Positions 31,334 through 43,452 are shown, numbered from the stretch's first letter. The stretch: DNA of 64,000 nt from an uncultured Nitrososphaerota archaeon (GCA_963824385.1 CAWGPD010000004.1:635944-699943), one strand, 5' to 3'. The notes: generated by a model from the sequence alone, not told the origin. Numbers and translations are program-made.

Positions 31334-32992
31334 TTAATTATTAGAGTGAACTTGAATTCTTGGTTGTAGATCTTCTTTTGCCTTACAGACTTGACAGTAT
31401 TTTTCCCATTTTTTACTATGATTCCATTGTGTCAATCCAGTCTTGTCATATTTTTCATGAGCCATCTGTAACAATCTTCTAGTATCATGTTTGTACATGA
31501 ATTGCTTTATTGCAAAAAGTTCAGGTATTGTAAAATATTGACTCACAGTTGCAGTATATTGTGTAGCATCACCACATTCAGTCATGAATTTGTCAAGTGC
31601 ATCCCATTTCCATTGTTTTACTAATTCATTAGGAACTTGATATTTTCCATCCTTTAGTAACTTTAGTCTTTCATCATATTGTTGCAAGATGTAATCTTTG
31701 TTATCATAATATAATGGACTTCCAACATATGGTGTGCATATGAACGGATCAACTTCGATCTCCATTTTGAATCCAGAAATCTAATGTTTCCATCAGATCA
31801 TCAATGTTTTCATGAGGATTTCCTATCATGAATGTTGTAAGAGGTGTAAGATTAGCATCTTTTACAGTATCAATAGTTTTTTGTAAATGAGTTCTAAGTT
31901 GTCCTTTTCTAATATCTTGATTCAGAACTTTATCTGATGCAGATTCAAATCCAAATGAAATGTATACACAACCAGCATCTTTCATTACTTTTACAATGTC
32001 AGGTTGTACTGCTACACTAGGAGCATCTCCAAGTGTTCCCCATTTTATTGTCTTATCCAATCCTTCATCCACATAAAGTTGACAGAATTCTCTAGTCCAC
32101 TTTAGATTACTTGTCATATTTTCATCAAGAATAGAAATAAAATCAACATCAAATTTTTCTTTTAATAATTTTATATTATCTACTGCATATTTTGGAGAAG
32201 GCCATCTTGCAGGTAATTGAAAGTATCATTTTCTTTATCAACAATTCGAACTAATTTCTCTCCCTCTATACGATTTCCAGAACCATAAATATTCTGTAGA
32301 TCACCTCGTGACATACCATTATGAGAACAGAATGTACATCCTCGTGGACATCCTCTTTCCCAAACCGTTGAAGATCTTCTTTTTGAATTAAAAGATTCAA
32401 CAGATAACGGTAATGAAGAATATTTGAAATAGATATCAGTCTCCATCAAATCATAAGCAGGATAAGGAATCTCATCAAGATTAGAAATTAATGCCCTAGG
32501 TTTAGTGAATTTGAATGAATCTTTATCTCTCAAACATAATCCATTTACTTTTTCAAAATCCTTAGAACCCTTGTCTATTTCATCATAAAGATCTGAAAAT
32601 GTTTCTTCTCCTTCACCTATACAAATCATATCTAATTCAGGTACTAGATGAAGAATTTCATCTGGATTGTATGTACTCCATCCACCACCGCCAAGTAAAA
32701 TGGAATCAGGAGAATATCGTCTAATCAGTGGAACAAGTTGTTTTATTCTAGAATAAGTGGTAGTTAAACCACCAATTCCAATTAAATCCCATTTTGCAAG
32801 AGATATTTCTTCTTGGATAACTTTGTTTGGAACAACTTTTCCACCATAATTATCTCTCATAGCATTTAGATCTAGTATTGCAACTTGTCCACCTTTTTTT
32901 TCTGCAATAGCTGCTAATATTCCAGCCCAAAATGGAAAATGATTAGGACCACTATCAATTCTAACTTCTGGAACTACAAATAAGACCTTCAA
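31334..32992 (-). CDS. Cobalamin-binding domain radical SAM protein, copy 2 (two frameshifts)
   Basis: Three fragments colinear with 9280..10935; identical blocks WERGCPRGCTFCSHNGMSRGD, KWGTLGDAPSVAVQP, ECGDATQYTATVSQYFTIPELF; C-terminal CQVC. Confidence 0.9.
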
Positions 32993-33056
32993 TTTACAGT
33001 TATTTTAGCACGTAATTGTTATTTAAGTTAATGTCATAAATAATCAACTAGATTCT

Positions 33057-34186
33057 CTAGTTTTTGTATTTTTCAAGAAAGTTTTTCATGGTCATACATT
33101 TTATTCTGTCACCAAAAATTGAACCACCTTCTGTAGCATTTATTGTTGTTAACCAAGAAGGAGATCGTGAAATGAATTCTTTCAGCGCTTCACTATAGAA
33201 TTGAAATAAAGGATCTAGGATACAATAACATTTGAATTCAGGATTGTAGACTTTTTTAAATAATTTTTTGAATGCTGGACTATTTTTATCAATTTCTACA
33301 GAAACTTCATTTCCAAAAACTCGTGGATCATTTTTTCTCCCATGTGTAATTATTGTTTCCCATGAATCATCTTCTTCCCAACCATGATTTATTCCGGTAA
33401 GAGTCACTGTAGAGTTTTTGAGAATTTGCCATGAAATGAACCAAGATGAGGTTCCTACATTACCACCTGTTTGAATAGCTGGTAGACCGTCAAGATGAGT
33501 ATTAGATCTTACCATTAGAGCAGATATGCTGTTAAATGATTTTTTTCCCTCACCATAATCAAATAATGAGTGAAGCCAGTGTATCTTTATACCAGATTGT
33601 CTAGCTCGCTCAACTACAGTTGGATTAGAAATGGTACTAAATATTCCTCTAATTTTTTTACCATATTTATCAACAATTGGATCATCATAGAATTTTCTTG
33701 CCAAATGATAAGGATCTACTGTAACAACAAAATATTTTGGAAACTTGTCTGGAGTAACACCTGCTTTTAGTGCATTAATTAAAGCACCATCACAACAAAC
33801 TATTGAACCTTATAGTCACTATTGGCAATCAATTCCAAGTGTCCATGTTTTTTTAATGATGGTCCTCTTCCAATCACTATTGCGGAATTATCGGTATGTG
33901 ATTTTAGATTTGGAGTAGGATCAAGATCTCGTGCAGAAGATTCTTTCCAAATATTACTCAAATTTAAGGCAAAATTTTTAACCCATTCATCAAATGATTC
34001 ATAATGAAGTTTTTCCATTATGTTTTCTATTTCACTTTGTGATGTTTTTTTCACAGATTGAGTTAGTAAATGATCAAACCATTCATCCCAAGATTTGTCA
34101 CTAAAACCATCATTTTGTTTAAAAGAAGATAATTTTTTCAGAGTAGTCTCGTTTATTGATAATTCATCTTTATCAGACATGCTCAT
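33057..34186 (-). CDS. DUF115 / Maf-like protein, copy 2 (frameshifted)
   Basis: Colinear with 10997..12097: AIVIGRGPS, GLPAIQTGGNVGTS, VYNPEFKCYCILDP, NATEGG. Confidence 0.8.
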
Positions 34187-34216
34187 AAAATGACGTGTTT
34201 TGTTTAATTTCTTTTC

Positions 34217-34401
34217 TTATAATTGTTCTAAACCAAGCTCATCATCTTGTTTAGTAGATCTATATACCATGAATGATCCTTTAGCACCAGATTTTATTAT
34301 GAAATCTTCAAATTCTGAACGAGATATTTCCTTATTTTACTAGAATTTTCCATCGGTTGTTTTTCTTTATCAGTATTGGAAATCTTGAAGTTTGCTTTCA
34401 T
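34217..34401 (-). CDS. Small acidic peptide (~61 aa), cassette copy 2 (one base missing in A-run near 34336)
   Basis: ATG 34401: MKANFKISNTDKEKQPMENSS(K)NKEISRSEFEDFIIKSGAKGSFMVYRSTKQDDELGLEQL*; not in ORF track. Confidence 0.7.
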
Positions 34402-34422
34402 TATTTAATATAGAGTATAAGG

Positions 34423-34430
34423 ATATTTAA
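34423..34430 (-). promoter_or_regulatory. Putative archaeal TATA box for the cassette-2 peptide gene
   Basis: TTAAATAT 22-29 nt upstream of ATG 34401 (leaderless spacing); a similar TTTAAATAT at 10957-10965 precedes radical SAM copy 1. Confidence 0.5.
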
Positions 34431-34525
34431 GAATGTAGTTAGAGATCTGAATTTTTAATCAGTTATTTGTCTATTTGTTTTGTAACCCATTTTTGTAGAT
34501 TCTTAAGCACGGGTATTTTTAAGGA

Positions 34526-36046
34526 TCACATTGTGTGTTCCATTGTTATACTGCCAAACTCATTTTCCATCGTACTATAAGATTCAGCATGTGTTGCAGG
34601 ACTGTATATTGTAAACCAACCAAAACCTTCTCCAAGAAACTTTTCTACATCAGGAAATATTTCATTGAGATATCTTCCATTTCTAATTTCTAATGGGTTA
34701 ATTGTAATTTCCATATGTTTATCATTAATACTTGAATAAAGTCTAACAGTAACAGGAGTTCTGATTATGTCAACATCTTGGAATACCTTGTATTGTTGAA
34801 GCATTATTTGCGATTTTATTTTATTGTTATAAGCACAAATTCCCCAGAAAAAATGCTTTGGTGGAACTTCTTCATGATTAAATCCAACACATGCCTCTGA
34901 AGGAATTCTTGAATTGGAGACACGTAATGCAGTATGAAACCTATTTTGAATTTGACCTTGAATCTTTTCAAATGTAAATAAATCAGAATCATCACATTGA
35001 ATTGGAATTACCTTGGGACTTTTTTCATCAAAAAATACAGTATTTTTTGATAGTGACGTTGCAGCATATTTCCCTTCAACACAATCTGGATATATAATAA
35101 CAGATTGTTTCGAATTTTGAACCAGAGGAACAACCATAAATGCTTTTTTTCCAACTCCAAGTATTCCAGTTGAATGCTTTGATAAATTAAAAAATGAGTG
35201 AGTCAATTGCAGATCGGTTCCATCATGATTTTGATTTATGGTAATCATCCTTGGAAAAGCACCCTTATTGAGATGAAAAGAATATGATGAATATCCTATT
35301 TCACCATCAAGAAAATTAAACAAATCTGGAAAATGATCTTTTAATCTTATTTTTACTGTTTCATAAGGATTAAGTTCATGAAGTTCAATAATTTTTTCTT
35401 TTTTCTGTCCTTTAGTATTAACAATTGAAACAATCAATTTTTGTTTGGGACATGACAAGATTCCATTATGAAATATCGCAAATGATTCGTCAGTTTCATT
35501 CATTAAGGCGGTATAACAACTCTCTTCCGCCTTTGCAAGTACTTTATTTTCTTCAATTTCGTGTTGTGAATACGTCCTCCCATAAGTATGAACCATTGAA
35601 ATACCATATTTTGTTTGATATACTGCAATAATTCCAGCATATGGAATTACCATGTGCTGAATTGAAAGGGCTTCAATCTCAATACTTCCCTCAAAATTAT
35701 CATCTGTTACTTCTGGAGAATAATTGATCACATTAGAATTACTAAATGTTAAAACATCACGATTTACCAATGAACCATCCATTTTTCTTAACGATGCAAC
35801 TATTGTAACATTCAGATCTCTTTTTATTTTCCAATAATTTAGCATGCTTATTGTAGTTTTCATATTAGAGTTCTTTTTAAAATAAAATATTCCAGAAGAG
35901 CGAAATACATAACCATGATCATGTGTGTTGTATTTTATTTCAATTTTTTTAGAATTCATTCCTAATTCAGCATCTTTTTCTCTAATGGCTTCATCTACTT
36001 CAGAATTTTTTTGAAATATATCTTTAACCTTACTTAAAAGTGCCAT
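34526..36046 (-). CDS. Hypothetical protein (506 aa)
   Basis: Long intact ORF; no family recognised. Confidence 0.75.
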   Translation of the reverse strand: MALLSKVKDIFQKNSEVDEAIREKDAELGMNSKKIEIKYNTHDHGYVFRSSGIFYFKKNSNMKTTISMLNYWKIKRDLNVTIVASLRKMDGSLVNRDVLTFSNSNVINYSPEVTDDNFEGSIEIEALSIQHMVIPYAGIIAVYQTKYGISMVHTYGRTYSQHEIEENKVLAKAEESCYTALMNETDESFAIFHNGILSCPKQKLIVSIVNTKGQKKEKIIELHELNPYETVKIRLKDHFPDLFNFLDGEIGYSSYSFHLNKGAFPRMITINQNHDGTDLQLTHSFFNLSKHSTGILGVGKKAFMVVPLVQNSKQSVIIYPDCVEGKYAATSLSKNTVFFDEKSPKVIPIQCDDSDLFTFEKIQGQIQNRFHTALRVSNSRIPSEACVGFNHEEVPPKHFFWGICAYNNKIKSQIMLQQYKVFQDVDIIRTPVTVRLYSSINDKHMEITINPLEIRNGRYLNEIFPDVEKFLGEGFGWFTIYSPATHAESYSTMENEFGSITMEHTM

Positions 36047-36184
36047 AATTGTATTTCAATCATCAGATATTTATCATTATTCTCAATTATATACAATGAT
36101 AATGATTTAAGATGTGATATGGGTTTAGATACAGATACAATAACACATTAGAGTATTCACACAATTATTTTAGCATAGAAAATA

Positions 36185-38073
36185 TCAGAGATTATCCAAT
36201 AATTTTGCAAGCTCATGAGATGCCGTACCATGATTTACAAGAGTCTTTGTTCACAAATATTTTTGAATTTTCAATGAGATGATTGCAGTATTCTTTATCA
36301 GATAATATTTTTTTCATTCCATTTTCTATGTCTTCAATTTTGGATATTGATAAAAATGCATTGGATTTTATTATTTCGTCTTCCTCTGCCCACTTTTCAA
36401 TTTGAAGGGAAATAGTGGGTTTTCCAAGTATTATAGATTCCAAAACAACCGTTGAATTGTTAAATGTAATAAGCATGTCACAAGAATTAATCAACTCTAT
36501 CAAATTTGCATTATAAAAATTGGGATTGTAGAGTCTATTTCTTTAATTAATGCAGTAATATTACTTAGAGAATCAGATTGCGGATGCGGTTTTACTACTA
36601 ATTGTTTGTCAGGGAATTTTTTAGCTACTCTACACACTTCTTTTACAAAACTCTCAAATTTTTCGTATGCTTCATGATGTGTTTGTTCAAAAGAAATTCT
36701 TCCAGATAACAGCTGTTGTAGCAAATAATATCATTCCCTTTGAATTTCCTTTACCAACAGACTTGAAGAAATTATCATGTCTTGGACTTCCTGTCACAAC
36801 TAGATTTTCTTCTTTATTCCATAATGAGAGTGCACGTTTTTTCACTTGTGCGATTCCACAAGGCTTGTTTATCGCTAATAAAATGAGTATAACCGCTAAT
36901 GACAATTCTATTATACTTGTCCCAGATAGGAGAATCAAGGTCCATGGCATGTTGAAGTAGAACTGATTGTATATCCTCTCTTTTTAGCAAGAGCAATAAT
37001 TTCTTTTTCTTCTTGACCTGTTTCTGCCCATTCAAGTATTCCAGAAACATCAAGAGTATCAAAAAGTTTATTCACTAATAAAATTCTTCTAACTGATTCA
37101 CGAAATCTAGAGACACATATGTTTGTAAATGATTCTTTTATGGCAAACCAAAAAGTGTTGAAATTAATAGAAAATATTTCCTCAAAGATAGTATCCATAT
37201 TCCATATCTTTGCCAAATTATATTCCAGAGTTTTGATTTCAAAGTCGATTTTTTTACCAATATCTTCTTCAAAATCACTAAGGTGAAGTATTTTACAATT
37301 GGAATTTTTCATAATTTTAAAACTTTGAAGATTCCAAATTGCAGGCCTGCGTTGATTTAGCAATATAATATTTTTATTTAAAGAGGATAATTCGTGAATC
37401 AATAGATCATATGGAACCACGATTAAAATCTAGTAAAAGTATTGATTTTTTATTTTTAATAGTTTTCAGATTGGGTTTCAATCTAAAAATCAAATTAATA
37501 ATTTTATCAAATACTTTTTTAATTTTCATAAATGTTTTACGAGACATAATGATTGAAATTGGTTAGGAACCTAAATTATATTTGATATTTACAATATCAG
37601 ACTGCAAGAGCTGCAATTGCGGTAAATCATGAGTAGTTAGCTCAATATTCTTTTTCTTACAAATCCTTCCCACATAATCATTAAGGAGTGTATAGAAATT
37701 ATATTTGTAGGAGATTCTTTTTCAATTATTTTATCAATCATCGCGGCATTTGCATAGATAGTTACAAAATATTGAAGTAATTCCATCTCAACTAGAGAAC
37801 CAAGATTTATTCTCCTCAAAGGAAAGAATTCCTTAATTGCATAATTTTCATACCATGTAGTTGTTATATCGAATGAATGCTCATCCATTTTTCTTCTATC
37901 TTCTAATGTGATGTAATTTTCTGCAATTTCATGAGCGATTTTATTTTCAGTCAAGATTTTATCAGCCTTATAATCTAATGCAAAAATTTTTGACTTTGCA
38001 TATTTTGCCAGATCATTCTTAATTTGTAATATATCTACATCACCTTCTAACTAAAAAAACTAGTGTCATTCAT
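36185..38073 (-). CDS. Large GT-B fold protein, putative nonulosonate/glycerophosphate transferase (many frameshifts)
   Basis: LLQHA, VVTGSPRHD, VVKPHP, CDMLITFNNSTVVLESIILGKP across fragments. Confidence 0.6.
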
Positions 38074-38144
38074 TTTTGATTCTTCTCAGATTAATTTACG
38101 AGATAATGCCTATAAAACAATATAAAAACCGGTAAGAATCAGAA

Positions 38145-38597
38145 TTACTTTTTCCACTTGGACCAGTCATAATCATCAAAAGTAACATTTTTCATTTCAT
38201 TGTCATTTGGTCTCCATGCCATGTCTGCAAGTGTCAAAACCCTAGAGATCTGACTTGAGAGATTGATGTGAACTGCAGCATAGTTTTTTGGTACATGAAT
38301 CAGTACAGGGTTATCCTCACTTGATTCAATTTCAGTGTATTTTCCATCAAGATCTCTTACAATAAAAATTACTTTTCCGTGGATGCATACAAAATAACTA
38401 TTGCGTCGTGTATGCAAATGAGGTCCTTTCATCTCCCCTGGATTAACTGAAGTAACGTACACCATCTTTGGATGATTTTTTATTATTTCATCCCAGTCTC
38501 GCCAGACTACTGTTAGAGTTCCGTTAACATGCTGATCACGTGCATCCTTAGTTTGATGCATTTCTAATTTTATAGAACTTATCACATCATCAGTCAT
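38145..38597 (-). CDS. Cupin-fold sugar epimerase/isomerase (RmlC/WxcM/FdtA-like)
   Basis: KGPHLHTRR..YFVCIHG, LIHVPKNYAAVHIN. Confidence 0.8.
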   Translation of the reverse strand: MTDDVISSIKLEMHQTKDARDQHVNGTLTVVWRDWDEIIKNHPKMVYVTSVNPGEMKGPHLHTRRNSYFVCIHGKVIFIVRDLDGKYTEIESSEDNPVLIHVPKNYAAVHINLSSQISRVLTLADMAWRPNDNEMKNVTFDDYDWSKWKK

Positions 38598-38657
38598 TAC
38601 AATTTGTAATATCCATATAGATAAAAATCTTGATTAAAAATGAGAATATCTAGGAAT

Positions 38658-40131
38658 CTAAAATTTGAAATATATGAAATCTTCTGGTTTTCCATTAAAA
38701 AATAACAAAATCAAAACTGCAACTCCACTGAGAAATAGAACCCAGTTATGGAGTCTAAAACGTGATATTACTTCTGGCAAGTTCCCCTTTTTATAAGAAA
38801 CATAATGCAATAAAATGAATACTATCACAAACATTAATGGAATTTTATGAGACGATAAAAAGGATATGAAATGTTTAGTTTGAAAATCAATCAAAATATA
38901 CTTGTGCATGGCATATATCATATTGTTTGTATCTTTTACTCTAAATGCAATCCATGCTAAAAATACAAAATACTGCGTTATTGCTATGGAAATAATCATG
39001 CCAATTCTAGTCTTGAAAAATCTATGATCTTTAAGAACTGGGAACCTATCTGTGACAAATTTATGTATTGCAAGATATGCACCATGTAAAACTCCCCATA
39101 TGACAAAATTCCATGATGCACCATGCCACAGGCCTCCCAGGAACATCACTACAAACAGATTGAAGTATGTTCTAACTTTTGATTTTTTATTTCCACCTAA
39201 TGGAATATACAAATAATCTCTAAGCCATGAAGATAATGAGATATGCCATCTTCTCCAAAAGTCTGATGGTGATGTTGCAAAGTATGGCTTGTTGAAATTA
39301 ATAGGAATTTTTAATCCTAGTACCAGTGCGGCGCCAATTGCAATATCGGTATAACCTGAAAAATCACAGTATATCTGGATGCCAAAGCTAATGGCTCCCA
39401 GTATAATAGTAAATGATGGATCACCTATTGGATAATTGAATACATCATTTGCCAGTGGCGCAATATTGTCAGCAAAAAACATCTTTTTGAAAAAACCCAT
39501 AGCCATTATGGTCACTCCCAGCTTTAGATTTTGATTGTTGATTACAATTTGGCGTAATCTTGTTCCAGTCTCAAAATTTTCAATTTTCTCCCTTAGACTG
39601 AGGTAGAAAGTCTTTTGCACGCAGTATTGGACCAGCAACAAGCTGAGGGAAAAATGCCACAAAAATGCCATACTCTACAAAAGACTTTGCAGGAGGCATC
39701 TGTCCACGGTATATGCTTACTGTATACGTTATAGAGTGAAACGTGTAAAATGATATTCCTATTGGCAGTGCCAGATTCAATAATGGAATCTGAGTAGCAA
39801 GATCAAAATGTTGCCCCAGTATATTGAATTGAGTTATGGCAAAATCGGCATACTTGAAAAATCCTAACAATCCTAGATTTCCTGCAAGGCTGATAATTAG
39901 AATGGCTTTCTTTTTTCGTATAGTTTGTGCATTAAAAATTGCTTTTCCCAGATAGAAATCCCAGATGGTTGTAAAAATTAAGAGTGTTATTAGATAATTA
40001 CTAGAGTAATAAAAGAAAAAATAACTTGCACCTAAAAGAAAGAGATGCTGAAATTTTCTATTTTTTACAATTACTATTGTAGTACATACAGCTATGAAGA
40101 AAATTACAAAGTCTGGAGTATTGAAAAGCAT
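38658..40131 (-). CDS. MBOAT family O-acyltransferase (AlgI/DltB-like; frameshift near 39600)
   Basis: LPIGISFYTF, FFPQLVAGPI, YCDFSGYTD, FWRRWHISLSSWLRDYLYIPLGG, GLWHGA. Confidence 0.93.
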
Positions 40132-41183
40132 TATGAATTAATCTCTCCAAGAATGACTTTTGCTACATCTTCACTGTAAATTTGTGTGTTATTGAATATA
40201 GCAACATGTTGTGGATCATACCAAATGTTTAGATCTTTGTACTTGTCCTGAAGCGAGTAAATTTTTATTTTATAATCTTTTTCTAAATTTTGTATGATAG
40301 TATCAAATGCAGTTTTTCCTGAACTGGGCATTGCATTCAAATAATATTTAGATTGAGGGGTGGTAAAAATTATGATTTTGATACCATTTTGTTGCAATTT
40401 AGTTATGATTTCTTTTAGTGCAATTACATTTACATTCTTATCATAATCACTAATTTTGTTAAAAGTCACACCCTCTACAAAGAACATGTCTCTTCAGATC
40501 AGCATCATTTTTGGGTTTATCATTTCTACTTTCATTAAAAAAGGCATTAGGATATGGACGTACAAGTAAATTATTTTCAGTAGTTTTCTTTTTTACAAAT
40601 TTACTCATATCATTTTCTAATGATTTTAAAGAGTCAATGTTACAAGTTTTGGATTTTCTATAAATCCAAGATCATAATTTGAAAAAAGTTTTGCCGATAT
40701 TTCATTAAAAAAATCACGAGGATCAGGCAAAATGGAAATAGGTTTACTCTCTGAGTATCCAGAAGGAAATTGATCCATAAAATCACGATATGCTATACCA
40801 TAAACAACAATTTTTGGTTTAGATGAAATCAAAAGATCTAAACTTTTCAATCTCTCTTGTGGGCTATCACCACCTATTGCTAAATTATAAACATCAAAAT
40901 CTTGATTATTTTTTGATAATTGTTCCTGTATGTATGTAGTATTTAGTGGTTTTATGTGACTAGAACCTAAGAGGAAGATCTTATTTTTGATAGGATCAAA
41001 ATGTTGTGAAAGAAATTTCGTTTGCACCATCTTTTCTTGTGCTTCCAAATCCAATGTGTTTGAAAATCCTTGTACATTATTTTGAATCAAATATTTCTGA
41101 AAAAAATCAAATATAACTAAAATAGAAAAAGCTATAATTATTGCACATATTGCACCAAGTGCTATTTTTAACGTTAAATTCAA
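40131..41183 (-). CDS. Membrane-anchored SGNH-like (DltD/AlgJ-like) acyltransferase partner (frameshifted)
   Basis: N-terminal TM, LLGSSH, YNLA, C-terminal DPQH (DxxH). Confidence 0.72.
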
Positions 41184-41325
41184 TCATCATACGTAAAATT
41201 AATCGGTTTATTTACCATGTCTTTCAGTCTCATTACTTGCAATTTTTCACCTATTTCAGTTAACTAGTTCGAAGGTATAATATTAAATAAAGAAAAGAGA
41301 TCAGGACTAAACATAGAAAGATAAT

Positions 41326-42312
41326 ATGAAATTATTAGTTACAGGCGGATTAGGATTCATAGGTAGTAATTTTATTTTAAACACATTACAAAATGATAAA
41401 GAAATCAAGATAACTAATGTTGATGCAGAATTTCATGGCTCAAACCATGCCAATTTATCCTTACTGCAAAATTCCAAGAACTATCAATTTGTCAAAGGCA
41501 ACATAAATGATCATGATTTAATGAACAAGTTAATCTCAGAATCCGATGCAGTGATAAATTTTGCAGCAGAATCTCATGTAGATAGAAGCATAGAAAATGC
41601 AAAACCGTTTATTGATTCCAATATAATTGGAATCTTTAACATATTAGAAATTATAAAAAAAACCAAGAAAAAGTTGTTGCATGTTTCAACAGACGAAGTC
41701 TTTGGAAGTTTGGAATCTGGCAGTGCAGATGAAAATTATAGACTAAATCCCTCCAGTCCATATGCAGCATCAAAGGCAGCTGCTGAACTGTTGATAAATT
41801 CCTACATCATAACACATGGATGCGATATCCTAGTTACAAGATGCACAAACAATTACGGACCAATGCAATTTCCAGAAAAACTAATTCCCAAGGTTATAAT
41901 CCTGGCTGCACAAGGTAAAAAAATACCAGTATATGGAAATGGCAAAAACATTCGGGACTGGATCTTTGTTGAAGACCACTGTGATGCAATAATGCAGGTA
42001 TTTTCAAAAGGAAAGAGTGGAAGATCTTACAACATATCTGCGTATAACGAACTAGACAATCTCACTATAATCAACGAGATACTCCAGATAATGAACAAGT
42101 CAACTGACCAGATAGAATTCATACAAGACAGACCTGGCCATGATTTCAGATACAGCCTAGATTCATCCAATATAAGAAAAGAGTTGAACTGGCTTCCAAA
42201 GACAGAGTTTCATGAAGGTCTCAAAAAGACAGTCAACTGGTATTTGGAAAACAAGCAATGGTGGACAAAAATTAGTGAAAAAGAATTCAATTCCCCACAT
42301 TGGAAAAACTAG
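41326..42312 (+). CDS. rfbB: dTDP-glucose 4,6-dehydratase
   Basis: TGGLGFIGS, FAAESHVDRSI, STDEVFG, SPYAASK, QFPEKLIP, DRPGHDFRY. Confidence 0.95.
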   Translation: MKLLVTGGLGFIGSNFILNTLQNDKEIKITNVDAEFHGSNHANLSLLQNSKNYQFVKGNINDHDLMNKLISESDAVINFAAESHVDRSIENAKPFIDSNIIGIFNILEIIKKTKKKLLHVSTDEVFGSLESGSADENYRLNPSSPYAASKAAAELLINSYIITHGCDILVTRCTNNYGPMQFPEKLIPKVIILAAQGKKIPVYGNGKNIRDWIFVEDHCDAIMQVFSKGKSGRSYNISAYNELDNLTIINEILQIMNKSTDQIEFIQDRPGHDFRYSLDSSNIRKELNWLPKTEFHEGLKKTVNWYLENKQWWTKISEKEFNSPHWKN

Positions 42313-42348
42313 TTTTTATTTAATAATAACCAGAGATTCAGATTGATT

Positions 42349-43410
42349 ATGAAAGGCATCATACTTCATGGCGGCCATGGTACAAGATTACGACCATTGA
42401 CACATACCGGACCAAAACAACTGCTTCCAATTGCCAACAAGCCAATGTCACAGTATTGTGTAGAATCGCTAAAAGATGCAGGAATTACAGATATTGCAAT
42501 AATAATAGGCGGACCAGGCTCTAACAAGGTTCAAGAATATTACGGATCTGGAGAAAATTTTGGAGTAAAGTTTACGTATGTTTTTCAGGATTACCCCAAA
42601 GGAATTGCACATGCAGTATCGCTTTGCAAAGAATTCATAGGAGATGAAAAATTTGTAGTATTTTTGGGAGATAACATACTTGAAAGAAGCATTTCACAAT
42701 ATGCCAAAGAATTTGTAAAGTCTGATGCTGATGCATCAATTTTGCTCTGTGAAGTGGACAATCCATCAAGATTTGGAATTGCAGATGTAAAAGATGGCAT
42801 GATTACAAAAATAATGGAAAAGCCCAAGAACCCTCCAACCAATCTTGCCGTAACTGGAATTTATTTTCTCACTCCGATTATTTTTGATATAATATCAAGA
42901 CTCAAACCATCATGGAGAAATGAATTAGAAATAACTGAAGCCCTTCAGATGGTATTGGAGGAAGGCTACAAAATTACCTATAGTACAGTCACAGATTATT
43001 GGAAAGATACTGGTACTCCTGAGGACATCATTCATGCAAACAAGTTCATACTAGAACACACAAAACCCTATTTTTACGGCAAAAAAGAAGATGGTGTCAA
43101 TATAATTGGCAACGTAATGGTTGGAGAGAACACCTTGATCAAAAGCGGTGCCAAAATAATAGGACCATCCATCATAGGCAAAAACTGTACTATACACAGT
43201 GATACTAGAATTGGACCAAATACAAGCATAGGAGACAATTCTGTCATATCAAAATGTGATATCGAGGATTCCATAATCATGTCTGGTTGCAATATTGACG
43301 GAGATTTCAAGATAAGAAACAGCATTATTGCATTTAATTGTGTTATTACATCCAAGAAAAGTGAAGACAAGACATTTCTCCTTGGCGAAGGAACAAAGAT
43401 TTCTCTTTAA
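42349..43410 (+). CDS. rfbA: Glucose-1-phosphate thymidylyltransferase (long archaeal form with hexapeptide tail)
   Basis: GGHGTRLRPLT...KQLLPIANKP, EKP, SWRNELEIT, WKDTG. Confidence 0.92.
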   Translation: MKGIILHGGHGTRLRPLTHTGPKQLLPIANKPMSQYCVESLKDAGITDIAIIIGGPGSNKVQEYYGSGENFGVKFTYVFQDYPKGIAHAVSLCKEFIGDEKFVVFLGDNILERSISQYAKEFVKSDADASILLCEVDNPSRFGIADVKDGMITKIMEKPKNPPTNLAVTGIYFLTPIIFDIISRLKPSWRNELEITEALQMVLEEGYKITYSTVTDYWKDTGTPEDIIHANKFILEHTKPYFYGKKEDGVNIIGNVMVGENTLIKSGAKIIGPSIIGKNCTIHSDTRIGPNTSIGDNSVISKCDIEDSIIMSGCNIDGDFKIRNSIIAFNCVITSKKSEDKTFLLGEGTKISL

Positions 43411-43452
43411 CTAATAATTTTTTACTCATGATTTTAAACCATATATCAAAGT

